From contig JACRER010000018.1 in assembly GCA_016234365.1 (NCBI GenBank), forward strand, positions 2,673 to 66,672: 64,000 bases of DNA. Reading direction: 5' to 3'. Under the pieces are notes generated by a model that did not search any database, was not told where the DNA came from, and was given only the letters and a program-made list of their open reading frames with translations. Origin of the DNA: Elusimicrobiota bacterium. Lineage in GTDB: Bacteria > Elusimicrobiota > Elusimicrobia > Elusimicrobiales > UBA9959. This document shows positions 1-8,524 of the stretch, in pieces; positions within the stretch are counted from its first letter, which is position 1; the number at the start of each line of letters is the position of its first letter. A program made the translations under genes and the position numbers.

Positions 1-1
1 G

Positions 2-889
2 AAGCCGGACTACATCTCCTTCGTGCGCGAACACAACCGCTGGGCGCGCCCGTATATCTGGATCATGTTCCAACCCATCGAGGACGCCATCAAGCGCCAG
101 GATTTCCCGCAGGCGCTGTTCCTGGCCCAGAAACTTTACCTCACCGACCCCGTAGACCCGCGTTCCTCGGGCTATCTTTGCTCCAGCGAGTTCTTTATGG
201 GCCTTTACGACAAGGCCTCCGAATCCTGCCGGCGCACCATAGACGGGGCCGAAACCTACCCGGTAGGCTACAGCAGCGAAGAACTTTACTGGTTCAACCT
301 GTGCTACGCCGACAGCCTGCGCTACCTGCAGCGCGACCGCGTGGCCATCCAGGAATACGAGAAACTCATGAAATGGCCTGGGCTCACCACCAAGGAGCAG
401 TGCCCGCTCTTCCTCAACCGGGCGGATTCCTACGTGGCCATCCAGGATTACAACCGCGCGCTGCAGGACATAATGTCTGCCGACGGCGTCTGCTTCGAGC
501 CCACCTCGAAGGCCGAGGCGAAGAAACGCCTGAACTACCTCAGCGGCTCCGCGCTCACGGAAGCCGTCGCCTTCGCGCAGAAATCCAGGTTCCAGCAGGG
601 CATGCCGCCTATAGGCGAGGCCCGCCGCCAGCAGCTGGAGGCCATGAAGGCCCGGCTGGGCCCGCAGAACGCCCGGTTCCTGCCCAAAGACCAGTGGCTG
701 GCCGCCCATGTGAAGGGCCCCGAATACCGCGTCTTCCTGCGCCAGACGGTAACCAACCCGCGCACGCACCGGCAGGAGGTTACGGACGTTTTTATTTTCC
801 TGGTAAACCTCTGGAGCGGCAAGGCCAAGGTGGAGAAGGCTCCGCCGGCGCCCCCGCCGCCCGGCGCCCCGCCCGCGCGGGACAACTGA
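2..889 (+). CDS. hypothetical protein, 5'-truncated by the window edge; helical-repeat (TPR-like) body with a Pro-rich C-terminal tail
   Basis: The frame is open from nt 2 (KPDYISFVREHNRW...), so the GTG at 23 in the ORF track is probably internal. The protein ends KAPPAPPPPGAPPARDN*. I recognise no confident family. Confidence 0.5.
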   Translation, partial: KPDYISFVREHNRWARPYIWIMFQPIEDAIKRQDFPQALFLAQKLYLTDPVDPRSSGYLCSSEFFMGLYDKASESCRRTIDGAETYPVGYSSEELYWFNLCYADSLRYLQRDRVAIQEYEKLMKWPGLTTKEQCPLFLNRADSYVAIQDYNRALQDIMSADGVCFEPTSKAEAKKRLNYLSGSALTEAVAFAQKSRFQQGMPPIGEARRQQLEAMKARLGPQNARFLPKDQWLAAHVKGPEYRVFLRQTVTNPRTHRQEVTDVFIFLVNLWSGKAKVEKAPPAPPPPGAPPARDN

Positions 890-907
890 TCTTATTTTGG
901 AGGACAA

Positions 908-2269
908 ATGTTTAAAAAAGTTCTTATCGCCAACCGCGGCGAAATAGCGGTCCGCGTCATCCGCACCCTGCGCGAGCTCAACGTCCCCTCCGTAGCGGTT
1001 TATTCGGAGGCCGACCGCTCGTCGCTGCACGTGCGCCTGGCCGACGAGGCCGTCTGCATAGGCCCGGCGATGGCCAAAGAAAGCTACCTCAGCATCCCGG
1101 CCATCATTTCGGCCGCCAAGGTGACCGGCGCGGACGCCGTCCACCCCGGCTACGGCTTCCTCTCCGAGAACGCAGATTTTTCCGCGGCCTGCCGCGACAA
1201 CGGCATCACTTTCATCGGCCCCTCGCCCAAGTCCATCCAGCAGCTCGGCCACAAGTCCGAGGCCCGCAAGATGGCCGTTAAGGCCGGCGTGCCCGTGACG
1301 CCCGGCACCAAGGACTGCGTCAACAAAAAAGACGCCAAAAAGGAGGCCGAAAAGATAGGCTTCCCCCTCATGATCAAGGCCGCGGCCGGCGGCGGCGGCA
1401 AAGGCATCCGCATAGTGCGCGAAGCAAGCCAGTTGGAGAAGGAAATGACGATGGCCTCCAGCGAGGCCCAGGCCGCCTTCGGCAACGGCGAAGTTTACTT
1501 CGAGAAATATATCGAACTGCCCCGCCACATAGAGGTGCAGTTCGCCCGCGACACGCACGGCAACGTCATCGCCTTCCCGGAACGCGACTGTTCCATCCAG
1601 CGCCGCCACCAGAAGCTGGTGGAAGAGACCCCCAGCCCGGCCGTGGATAAAAAACTGCGGGCCAAGCTGGAGAAGGCCGCGGTGGACCTGGCCGAGGCCG
1701 CCAACTACGTGGGCGTGGGCACCGTGGAATTCCTGCTGACCCAGCAGGGCGAGTTCTATTTCATGGAAGTCAACACCCGCCTGCAGGTGGAACACCCGGT
1801 CACCGAATGCGTGACCGGCTTCGACCTGGTGCGCGAGCAGCTGCTCGCGGCTTCAGGCGAGAAACTTACCTATACCGGCGGCCACACCGTGCCGCTCACC
1901 GGTCATTCCATAGAGCACCGCATCAACGCCGAGGATTTCAGCCGCAATTTCGCGCCCTCCGTGGGCCGCGTGGAGGAGTGGATACTCCCCGGCGGGCCCG
2001 GCCTGCGCGTGGACACGCACGTCTACGGCGGCTACCAGCTGCCCATCTACTACGACAGCATGCTGGCCAAACTTATAGTCTGGGCGCACACCCGCGAGAT
2101 GGCCGTGGAACGTTCGCGCCGCGCGCTGGCCGAATTCACCGTGAAGGGCGTAAAAACCACCATAGACGCGCACCAGCTGATAGTAGAGAGCGAAGGTTTT
2201 AAGGCCGGGACCACCGACACCGGCTTTATGGAGCGCCTGCTGGCCCCGGCGGAACCGGTCAAAGCCTGA
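908..2269 (+). CDS. accC: biotin carboxylase (acetyl-CoA carboxylase family)
   Basis: N-terminus MFKKVLIANRGEIAVRVIR, ATP-grasp Gly-rich loop MIKAAAGGGGKGIR and EVNTRLQVEHPVTE motif. GGAGGA Shine-Dalgarno 5 nt upstream of the ATG. Confidence 0.95.
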   Translation: MFKKVLIANRGEIAVRVIRTLRELNVPSVAVYSEADRSSLHVRLADEAVCIGPAMAKESYLSIPAIISAAKVTGADAVHPGYGFLSENADFSAACRDNGITFIGPSPKSIQQLGHKSEARKMAVKAGVPVTPGTKDCVNKKDAKKEAEKIGFPLMIKAAAGGGGKGIRIVREASQLEKEMTMASSEAQAAFGNGEVYFEKYIELPRHIEVQFARDTHGNVIAFPERDCSIQRRHQKLVEETPSPAVDKKLRAKLEKAAVDLAEAANYVGVGTVEFLLTQQGEFYFMEVNTRLQVEHPVTECVTGFDLVREQLLAASGEKLTYTGGHTVPLTGHSIEHRINAEDFSRNFAPSVGRVEEWILPGGPGLRVDTHVYGGYQLPIYYDSMLAKLIVWAHTREMAVERSRRALAEFTVKGVKTTIDAHQLIVESEGFKAGTTDTGFMERLLAPAEPVKA

Positions 2270-2297
2270 TGGGGTCAGGTCTTGACTTTTGACCTTT

Positions 2298-2771
2298 ATG
2301 AGAACAGCCGGTAAAATAATCTCCATTAAAAAGGCGGCCGCCCTGCGCGCCGCCCTTAAAAAGGCCGGCAAACGGGCCGTCTTCACCAACGGCTGCTTCG
2401 ACCTGCTGCACGCGGGCCACGTCTATTCGCTGGAAAAGGCCCGCTCCTTCGGGGATTTCCTCTTCCTGGGCCTCAACTCTGACGCTTCGGTGCGCAGGCT
2501 TAAAGGCCCTTCCCGCCCCATCAATAAGGTCCGCGACCGCGCGGTGGTATTAGCCGCCCTGGCGGCGGTGGACGCTGTGGTGGTTTTTGCGGAGGATACC
2601 CCCCTTAAACTCATAAAGGCTCTGCGGCCTGACGTGCTGGTAAAGGGCGCGGATTACCGTAACGGCGTAGTGGTAGGGGCCGAATTCTCCGGCCGCGTGG
2701 CGCTGGTGCCGCTGCTTAAAGGCCGGTCCACCACCGAGCTGGCCCGCAAGCTGAACAGGGGACGTTCTTAA
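2298..2771 (+). CDS. rfaE2: D-glycero-beta-D-manno-heptose 1-phosphate adenylyltransferase (RfaE domain II type cytidylyltransferase)
   Basis: [13 protein letters not shown] nucleotidyltransferase motif, then [17 protein letters not shown] and LVKGADY, as in HldE/RfaE domain II. I prefer the ATG at 2298 to the TTG at 2289. The last 5 codons and the TAA lie inside the inverted-repeat element. Confidence 0.85.
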   Translation: MRTAGKIISIKKAAALRAALKKAGKRAVFTNGCFDLLHAGHVYSLEKARSFGDFLFLGLNSDASVRRLKGPSRPINKVRDRAVVLAALAAVDAVVVFAEDTPLKLIKALRPDVLVKGADYRNGVVVGAEFSGRVALVPLLKGRSTTELARKLNRGRS

Positions 2772-2871
2772 CTATTGGACTATTTGGCCGATTCTTAACC
2801 CTAAACTTCGAAACACGAAACCTCATGGATATTGAGCAGTTAAAATAGTCCAATAGTTAAGAACGTCCCCT
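2757..2871. repeat. inverted-repeat element, copy 1 (MITE/REP-like; 28-bp perfect arms, 57-nt centre)
   Basis: GGGGACGTTCTTAACTATTGGACTATTT at 2758-2785 and its exact reverse complement at 2843-2870. A flanking A/T pair extends the arms to 29 bp. The same arms and the same total length recur at 16770-16882. Confidence 0.85.
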
Positions 2872-2875
2872 TTAA

Positions 2876-4102
2876 ATGATAAAATATCAGGATAATATGA
2901 CCGACATTTTTGAAAAGTGCCGCAATTTCCACATCGTAAAGCAGCTCATCGCCTCAGGCATCTATCCCTATTTCAAGGAACTCGAAAGCGAACAGGCCCC
3001 CGAGATCACCATAAAGGGTAAGAAATTCATAATGTTCGGCTCCAACAACTACCTGGGCCTGGCCAACGACCCCCGCATGAAGGCCGCCGCCATAGACGCG
3101 GTAAAGAAATTCGGCACCGGCGTGGCGGGATCGCGCTTCCTTAACGGCAATACCGTCCTCCACACCGAGCTGGAGAAGAAACTCGCCGCCTTCAAGGGCC
3201 GCGAGGCCGCCCTCATTTACGCCACCGGCTACCAGATGAACCTGGGAGTGGTCAGCGCCCTGGTGGGCAAAGGCGATTTCGCCATAGTGGACAAGCTCAA
3301 CCACGCCAGCATCCTCGACGGCTGCCGCCTCTCCCACGGCGAACTGCGCCGCTTCCGCCATAACGATCCGGAAAACCTGGAAAAGGTCCTCAAAGAGATA
3401 GGCCCCCGCCACGGCAAACTGGTAATAGTGGACGGCGTATTCTCCATGGAAGGCGACATCGCCCCCATCCCCGAAATTTCCAAGGTCTGCCGCCGCCACG
3501 GCGCCCGCCTGATGGTGGACGACGCGCACGCCACCGGCGTGCTTGGCAAACACGGCCGCGGCACCTGCGAGCACTTCAACCTTTCCCACAAGGACGTGGA
3601 CCTGGTGGTGGGCACCTGCTCCAAATCCTTCGCCGCCGTGGGCGGCTTCGTGGTGGGAGACGCCGACATCCTCCACTACATCCAGCATATCTCCCGCTCC
3701 ATGATCTTTTCGGCCTCCCTGCCGCCGGCCTCCGTGGCCTCCATCATCCAGGCCCTGGACATCATAGAGAACGAACCGCAGCGCATCAAGAAGCTGTGGG
3801 ACAACGCCGCCTACCTCATGAAGCGCTTCAAGGAAATGGGCCTGAACACCGGCGAGACGCAGACCCCCATCATCCCGGTCATCATAGGCGACAACGAAAA
3901 GACCTTCATGCTCTGGCGCATGCTCTACGACCACGGCCTGTTCACCAACCCCGTAGTGAGCCCCGCGGTGCCGCCCAAGCGCGCCATGCTGCGCGTGGTG
4001 GCAACGGCCACCCATACCCGCGAGCAGCTGGACCGCGCGCTGAATATTTTCGAGACCTGCGTAAAAAAAGTCCTCAAGAAAAAACCGGCGCTGGTAAAAT
4101 AG
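2876..4102 (+). CDS. PLP-dependent alpha-oxoamine synthase family enzyme, serine palmitoyltransferase-like (BioF/Kbl/SPT family)
   Basis: GSNNYLGL, GSRFLNGNT, DDAHATGVLG and the PLP-lysine motif GTCSKSF. The SRxLNGT and TxSKS patterns resemble SPT more than BioF or Kbl. An alternative start at ATG 2897 has a better AGGA Shine-Dalgarno. Confidence 0.85.
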   Translation: MIKYQDNMTDIFEKCRNFHIVKQLIASGIYPYFKELESEQAPEITIKGKKFIMFGSNNYLGLANDPRMKAAAIDAVKKFGTGVAGSRFLNGNTVLHTELEKKLAAFKGREAALIYATGYQMNLGVVSALVGKGDFAIVDKLNHASILDGCRLSHGELRRFRHNDPENLEKVLKEIGPRHGKLVIVDGVFSMEGDIAPIPEISKVCRRHGARLMVDDAHATGVLGKHGRGTCEHFNLSHKDVDLVVGTCSKSFAAVGGFVVGDADILHYIQHISRSMIFSASLPPASVASIIQALDIIENEPQRIKKLWDNAAYLMKRFKEMGLNTGETQTPIIPVIIGDNEKTFMLWRMLYDHGLFTNPVVSPAVPPKRAMLRVVATATHTREQLDRALNIFETCVKKVLKKKPALVK

Positions 4103-4123
4103 CGCCGGCCCCGCTTACAATTT

Positions 4124-5236
4124 ATGGCAGTAGAAATCCGGGAGATCGCCGAAAAGAACCTCGGCGCGTTCATAGACTATCCCTACGGGCTGTTCCGTGA
4201 GGACCCTCATTGGGTAGGCGACCTGAAGAAGGATGTCCGCCATTTGCTGGAGACCGGCCACCCGTTCTGGCGCCACGGCGAGCGCAAACTGCTCATGGCT
4301 TTCCGCGACGGGCGCCCGCTGGGCCGCATCGCGGCCATCGTCAACCAGGCCCACAACAATTACCACTCGGACAAGGCCGGCTTCTTCGGCTTCTTCGACT
4401 GCGTCAACGACCGGGAAGTTTCCGGGGCGCTGTTCGCCGCCGCCTGCGCCTGGCTTAAGGGCAAGGGCATGGATTCGGCGGTGGGCCCGGTAAACCCGTC
4501 CACCAACGAAACCTGCGGCATGCTCCTGGAAGGCTTCGACGGGCCGCCCATGGTGATGATGCCCTACAACCCGCCCTACTACCTGGAACTGGCCGAGGCG
4601 GCCGGCTTCTCCAAGACCAAGGACCTTTACGCCTACAAATACCCGGTCGCCAGCGGCTTTCCGGAACGCTTCGACAAGATCCTGGCCCGCGCCAACCGCG
4701 ACGGCAAGGTGACCATCCATTTCGCCGACGTGAAAGGCATAAACAAGGCGATAGAAGAGGTCAAAGACGTCTACAATTCCGCCTGGGAAAAGAACTGGGG
4801 CTTCGTGCCCATGACCGCCGACGAGATGGACGACCTGGCCCAGGCCCTGAAGCCCATGCTCAAGCCGGAGTATCTCTATTTCGCGCATTACGACGGCAAA
4901 CCGGCCGGCTTTGTGCTGCTGCTGCCGGATTTCAATATAGCGCTCAAGCACGTGGCCGGCGCCCTGGGCCCCCTCAACATCCTCCCTTTCCTTTACCGTT
5001 TCTCTTTCAAGCTCAACCGCGGCCGCATGCTCACCATGGGCGTTAAACAGGAGTTCCGCGGCAAGGGCATAGAAATAGCGCTTATCAAGCAAGCTATCCT
5101 GGCCGCCAAAAAAATGGGCTGGGAATACGGCGAAATGTCCTGGACGCTGGAAGACAACACCCTGGTGAACAGCGTTATAGAGGCGCTGGGCTCACAGCTC
5201 TACCGGAAGTACCGGATCTTTGAGAAGAAGCTGTAA
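4124..5236 (+). CDS. large GNAT-like N-acyltransferase family protein (function unknown)
   Basis: About 370 aa with the conserved pattern DPHWVGDL...GRIAAIVNQAHNNYH.DKAGFFGFFDC...GPVNPSTNETCGMLLEGFDGPPMVMMPYNPPYY, and a C-terminal GNAT-like core (RGKGIEIALI). Substrate unknown. Confidence 0.6.
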   Translation: MAVEIREIAEKNLGAFIDYPYGLFREDPHWVGDLKKDVRHLLETGHPFWRHGERKLLMAFRDGRPLGRIAAIVNQAHNNYHSDKAGFFGFFDCVNDREVSGALFAAACAWLKGKGMDSAVGPVNPSTNETCGMLLEGFDGPPMVMMPYNPPYYLELAEAAGFSKTKDLYAYKYPVASGFPERFDKILARANRDGKVTIHFADVKGINKAIEEVKDVYNSAWEKNWGFVPMTADEMDDLAQALKPMLKPEYLYFAHYDGKPAGFVLLLPDFNIALKHVAGALGPLNILPFLYRFSFKLNRGRMLTMGVKQEFRGKGIEIALIKQAILAAKKMGWEYGEMSWTLEDNTLVNSVIEALGSQLYRKYRIFEKKL

Positions 5237-5281
5237 CTCTTCCGTAACCTTTATTTAACCTCCCGCGTATATAATATCCAC

Positions 5282-6502
5282 ATGAGGTTCTCAGACCTTA
5301 ATAAAGCCAAGCCCGAGCCGGCGCCGGCGGAGCCCAAAAAGCCCGCGCGCCAGGCCGCGCCTCCGCCCGCCGTAAAAAAGGTGGAACCTCCCGTTGCGCC
5401 CAAAGCCGAACCGGAACCGGTACAGCAGCCGCAACGGCAGCCCCCGCTTGAAAGGGAGGAAGCCGTCCGCCAGCACGTCCCCGCCTACAAACCCTCGGCC
5501 AGGCAGGAAGCCCGGGCGGCCGCGCACGAACCGCAGAAACCTTTCCGGGACCTGGACACCCAGGCCCGCGAAGTGTACGGCCGCGTGGTGCGCCAGGCCG
5601 GCGACCTGCTTAACGGCATAAACCAGCCTTACACCGAAAAATACGAAGCCGTGCTCCAGACCTGCTCCCTGGCCGCCGAAACCCTTAAGAGCAACAGCGT
5701 GCTGCTCAATTACGCCTCCTGCGCCTCCGCGGAGGATTACCTGAAGGCCCACACGGCCAACACCACCATAGTGGCGCTGGCCATGGGCCTGGCCCTGAAC
5801 CTGGACCACCAGGAGCTCAAGCTGCTCGGCTTCTGCGCCATGGCCCACGACGTGGGCATGCTGGAATACGCGGACCTCTACTCGCGCGAAACCCGCCTGA
5901 GCGAAGAAGAATTTTCCTCCATAACGGCCCACGCCGAATCCGGCGCCGGCAAACTCGACCGCATAGTCGACCTGGATTACAAACTGAAGGACCGCGCCAA
6001 GCGCATAATCATGCAGTCGCACGAACGCATAGACGGCTCCGGCTACCCGGATCGCCTCTCCGGAGAGGAAATAGACCCGCTGGCCCAGCTTATAGGCATG
6101 GCCGACGTCTACGAAGCCATGACGCACCCCCGCGCGTGGCGCGGCGCCATCAACCAGCCCGACGTCATAAAAGAACTGATCGAGCACGAAGGCCGCGGCT
6201 TTACCGCCAAGGCCGTAAAAGCCCTTATCTCCGCAGTTTCCATCTACCCGCCCGGTTCGCTGGTAATGCTCTCCACCGGGGAAATAGCGCGCGTGCTGCG
6301 CCTCAACAAAGGCTCGCTTACGCGCCCGCTGGTGGAAACCATGCTGGACCCCGAATTCTCCGCCATCTCACCCGCTATGGTGGACCTGCTGGAACACCCC
6401 CTTACCTCCATAGAGCGGCCCATCGGCCTGGACGAGGTCCGCTCCCGCAACCCCAAGTTCGCCGTCAAACTGGATTTGGCCCGCTGGTGGACCGACTGGT
6501 GA
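5282..6502 (+). CDS. HD-GYP domain phosphodiesterase with a Pro/Ala/Lys-rich low-complexity N-terminus
   Basis: HD motif (AMAHDVGM) and HERIDGSGYPDRL (HD-GYP signature). The first ~130 aa are low complexity. Confidence 0.85.
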   Translation: MRFSDLNKAKPEPAPAEPKKPARQAAPPPAVKKVEPPVAPKAEPEPVQQPQRQPPLEREEAVRQHVPAYKPSARQEARAAAHEPQKPFRDLDTQAREVYGRVVRQAGDLLNGINQPYTEKYEAVLQTCSLAAETLKSNSVLLNYASCASAEDYLKAHTANTTIVALAMGLALNLDHQELKLLGFCAMAHDVGMLEYADLYSRETRLSEEEFSSITAHAESGAGKLDRIVDLDYKLKDRAKRIIMQSHERIDGSGYPDRLSGEEIDPLAQLIGMADVYEAMTHPRAWRGAINQPDVIKELIEHEGRGFTAKAVKALISAVSIYPPGSLVMLSTGEIARVLRLNKGSLTRPLVETMLDPEFSAISPAMVDLLEHPLTSIERPIGLDEVRSRNPKFAVKLDLARWWTDW

Positions 6503-6894
6503 TGGAAAAAAGAACGCTGCTGCTAATAGAGGACGAAGGTTACGTGCTGGACAGGGTCAACGAGATCCTCTCCGGCTTTCCCCATTTCGAGGTCACGCGG
6601 GTAAGCGACGCGCAGAACGCCCGCGCGCTGCTGGATGAAAAACCTTTCGACGTGGTGCTGGCCGATATCTACCTGCGCGGGGCCAGCGGCCTGGAGTTCT
6701 CCTATAAGGCTTTGCAGAAGAACAAGGACGCCTGCGTGGTGATCATCACCGGGCTGGACGGCGCGGACCTGGCCGCCAAGGCGGTCAAGGAAGGCGCTTT
6801 CGATTTCGTGATAAAGCCGCCCGGGCTCGAGCGGCTTTCCAATATCCTGAAAATGCTGACCCTGGTGCGCGGATTAGATCCTGCGCAGGATTGA
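6502..6894 (+). CDS. stand-alone response regulator receiver protein
   Basis: MEKRTLLLIEDEG...DVVLADIYLRGASG...FDFVIKP (CheY-like receiver). The ATG overlaps the TGA of the HD-GYP gene (TGATG). I reject the upstream part of ORF 6136..6894. Confidence 0.8.
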   Translation: MEKRTLLLIEDEGYVLDRVNEILSGFPHFEVTRVSDAQNARALLDEKPFDVVLADIYLRGASGLEFSYKALQKNKDACVVIITGLDGADLAAKAVKEGAFDFVIKPPGLERLSNILKMLTLVRGLDPAQD

Positions 6895-7725
6895 CCAGGC
6901 GAGGCGGAGGGGGCGCAGGAGGTACAGCGCCAGCGTGGCGGCGCCGTAGCGGCGGCGCATGAAGCGTTTTTCCGGCACGGCGTAGCGCACCAGCAGCGAC
7001 GGCCTGTTGAGTACCGGCAGCAGGTATTCCAGCGCGGCGGAGTGTTTCTGGGCGGCCTTTTCGAAAAGGGCCGCCTTTATCTTTTCCGGGCCGCGCGGCT
7101 CCAGCGCCTTCAGCGCCTCCCCGGGCACTCCGGCCGGGCCGGCCGAAAGTCTTTTTACGGCGGGCCAGAGCGCGGGGCGCAGGCCATAAACCTCCGCCTT
7201 CCTCCCCACCACCGCCCAGAATTGTTCGCCGCCGCCGGGCGCGGCCGCGGCCAGGCGGGCGCAATCTTCCAGGGCGCGCGGGGTAAGTTCTCCGTGATGC
7301 AGCAGCGGGTGCACCGCCGCGTGGATGAACAGGTCCGCCAGGCCCAGGCGCAGCCCTTCCGGCCCGGGCTCCAGGCCCCAGCCAAAAAGTTCTTCGGTGT
7401 TCCTTATATGCCAGAGGCCGGTGTGGATGTCTATTATGGCGGGCGGCGCCTCGTTGCCGGAAGGTTTTACCCAGGCGTCGGCGCTGTCCGGCATCGGCTC
7501 CCAGCCGAGGTTCTTCAGGACCTTTTCAAAAAGCTCCAGGTCGCGGGGCCGCACCAACACGTCGGCGTCGGTCATGCCGCGCTCTCCGGGCTGGTAGACG
7601 CCACGCTCCAGCAGGGCGGCGCCTTTGAGCGCGGCCAGTTCGACCCCGGCGGCGGCGGCCGCGCCGCGCACTTCGCGCAGCGCGCCCAGCAGCAGTATCT
7701 CCCTCGCGGCCACGGCCTTGTCCAT
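6874..7725 (-). CDS. minimal nucleotidyltransferase family protein (Pol-beta fold, NTP_transf_5-like)
   Basis: LKGAALLERGVYQPGERGMTDADVLV fits the G-x-x...D-x-D nucleotidyltransferase core. Starts 2 nt after the PilZ gene stop. Its 3' end overlaps the convergent receiver gene by 21 nt. Confidence 0.55.
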   Translation of the reverse strand: MDKAVAAREILLLGALREVRGAAAAAGVELAALKGAALLERGVYQPGERGMTDADVLVRPRDLELFEKVLKNLGWEPMPDSADAWVKPSGNEAPPAIIDIHTGLWHIRNTEELFGWGLEPGPEGLRLGLADLFIHAAVHPLLHHGELTPRALEDCARLAAAAPGGGEQFWAVVGRKAEVYGLRPALWPAVKRLSAGPAGVPGEALKALEPRGPEKIKAALFEKAAQKHSAALEYLLPVLNRPSLLVRYAVPEKRFMRRRYGAATLALYLLRPLRLAWSILRRI

Positions 7726-7727
7726 GG

Positions 7728-8048
7728 CTAATCCCTGGGTCCCTTGAATTCCCCGGTAGGGTGGACGCGTTTGAGAGAATCGAACGCTATGCCGTAGCGG
7801 GTCATATTTTTCTCCCGCTTGATCCAGACCACGTGCGCCTTGGCGTCCAGCACGCCCCTGTCCATCAGCCGCAGGCGGGCACGGAAGCGGTCCGGCATAA
7901 CCACCGGGTCTCCCACAATAAAAGAAGCCCCCACCTCCGAAAAATCCTGCAGCCTGCCGGTGGCGGCCACATTCCCCTCCACATCGAAGATCTCTATGAC
8001 GGAGTCGTGTCTGTGGCGCGGCGCGCGTCTGTTTTCTTTTCCATTCAT
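7728..8048 (-). CDS. single-domain PilZ protein (putative c-di-GMP receptor)
   Basis: RRAPR (RxxxR) and DFSEVG (DxSxxG) PilZ motifs in a 106-aa product starting MNGKENRR at ATG 8048. The rest of ORF 7728..8645 lies antisense to the CheY gene and I reject it. Confidence 0.8.
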   Translation of the reverse strand: MNGKENRRAPRHRHDSVIEIFDVEGNVAATGRLQDFSEVGASFIVGDPVVMPDRFRARLRLMDRGVLDAKAHVVWIKREKNMTRYGIAFDSLKRVHPTGEFKGPRD

Positions 8049-8166
8049 AATGGGCCCCTCCTTTCTTATTCTAGGATATGGCGCCCCCTCAGTCAAAGCC
8101 CGCCGCTTTTTATATAATATTCCTGTTAGGGAATCCGCCGTCTTGGGGCACCTTGGAGCCGAATTT

Positions 8167-8520
8167 ATGAAAGTACTGGTAGTAGACGACAACGTCATGA
8201 CCCGGAGCATGATAGTGGACCTGCTGACCGAAATGGGCCACCAGGTGGTGGGCCAGGCCGGAGACGGCAACGAAGCCGTGACCGTCTTTAAGGCCTGCAA
8301 ACCGGAACTGGTGCTGATGGACCTCATCATGCCGGGCAAGACCGGGCTGGAAGCGCTTCCGGAACTGAAAGCCGCCGACCCGACGGCCAAGATAGTGATG
8401 GTGACGGCCGTGCAGCAGGAAGTCATCACCCAGGAACTGCTGCAGAAGGGCGCCACCGGCATCCTGCACAAACCTTTCATGTACGACGAACTGGAGGAGC
8501 TGCTCAAGCGGCTGGCCTGA
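8167..8520 (+). CDS. CheY-like single-domain response regulator
   Basis: MKVLVVDDNVMTRSMIVDLL...LVLMDLIMPGKTGLE...MVTA...LHKPF. I chose the ATG at 8167 and reject the upstream part of ORF 7819..8520. Confidence 0.85.
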   Translation: MKVLVVDDNVMTRSMIVDLLTEMGHQVVGQAGDGNEAVTVFKACKPELVLMDLIMPGKTGLEALPELKAADPTAKIVMVTAVQQEVITQELLQKGATGILHKPFMYDELEELLKRLA

Positions 8521-8524
8521 CCCC

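Noticed and set aside
178-915. 245-aa alternative-frame ORF overlapping the first gene
   Set aside because: It is an Arg/Pro/Gly-rich out-of-frame translation of the same strand. The frame ending at 889 has normal composition and is followed by the accC RBS.
2757-2871. Integron attC-site interpretation of the inverted-repeat element
   Set aside because: The arms contain TCTTAAC / GTTAAGA, which resemble attC R''/R' cores (RYYYAAC / GTTRRRY) at only 6/7. These cores sit internally rather than at the ends. The stem is perfectly paired, with none of the extrahelical bases attC needs. No intI gene or cassette-like promoterless ORFs are present, and the neighbouring genes are housekeeping.
6136-6501. 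N-terminal extension of the receiver ORF (6136..6894) overlapping the HD-GYP gene
   Set aside because: The extension is Arg/Pro-rich and out of frame with the well-supported HD-GYP C-terminus. The receiver domain begins exactly at ATG 6502, which overlaps the upstream stop.
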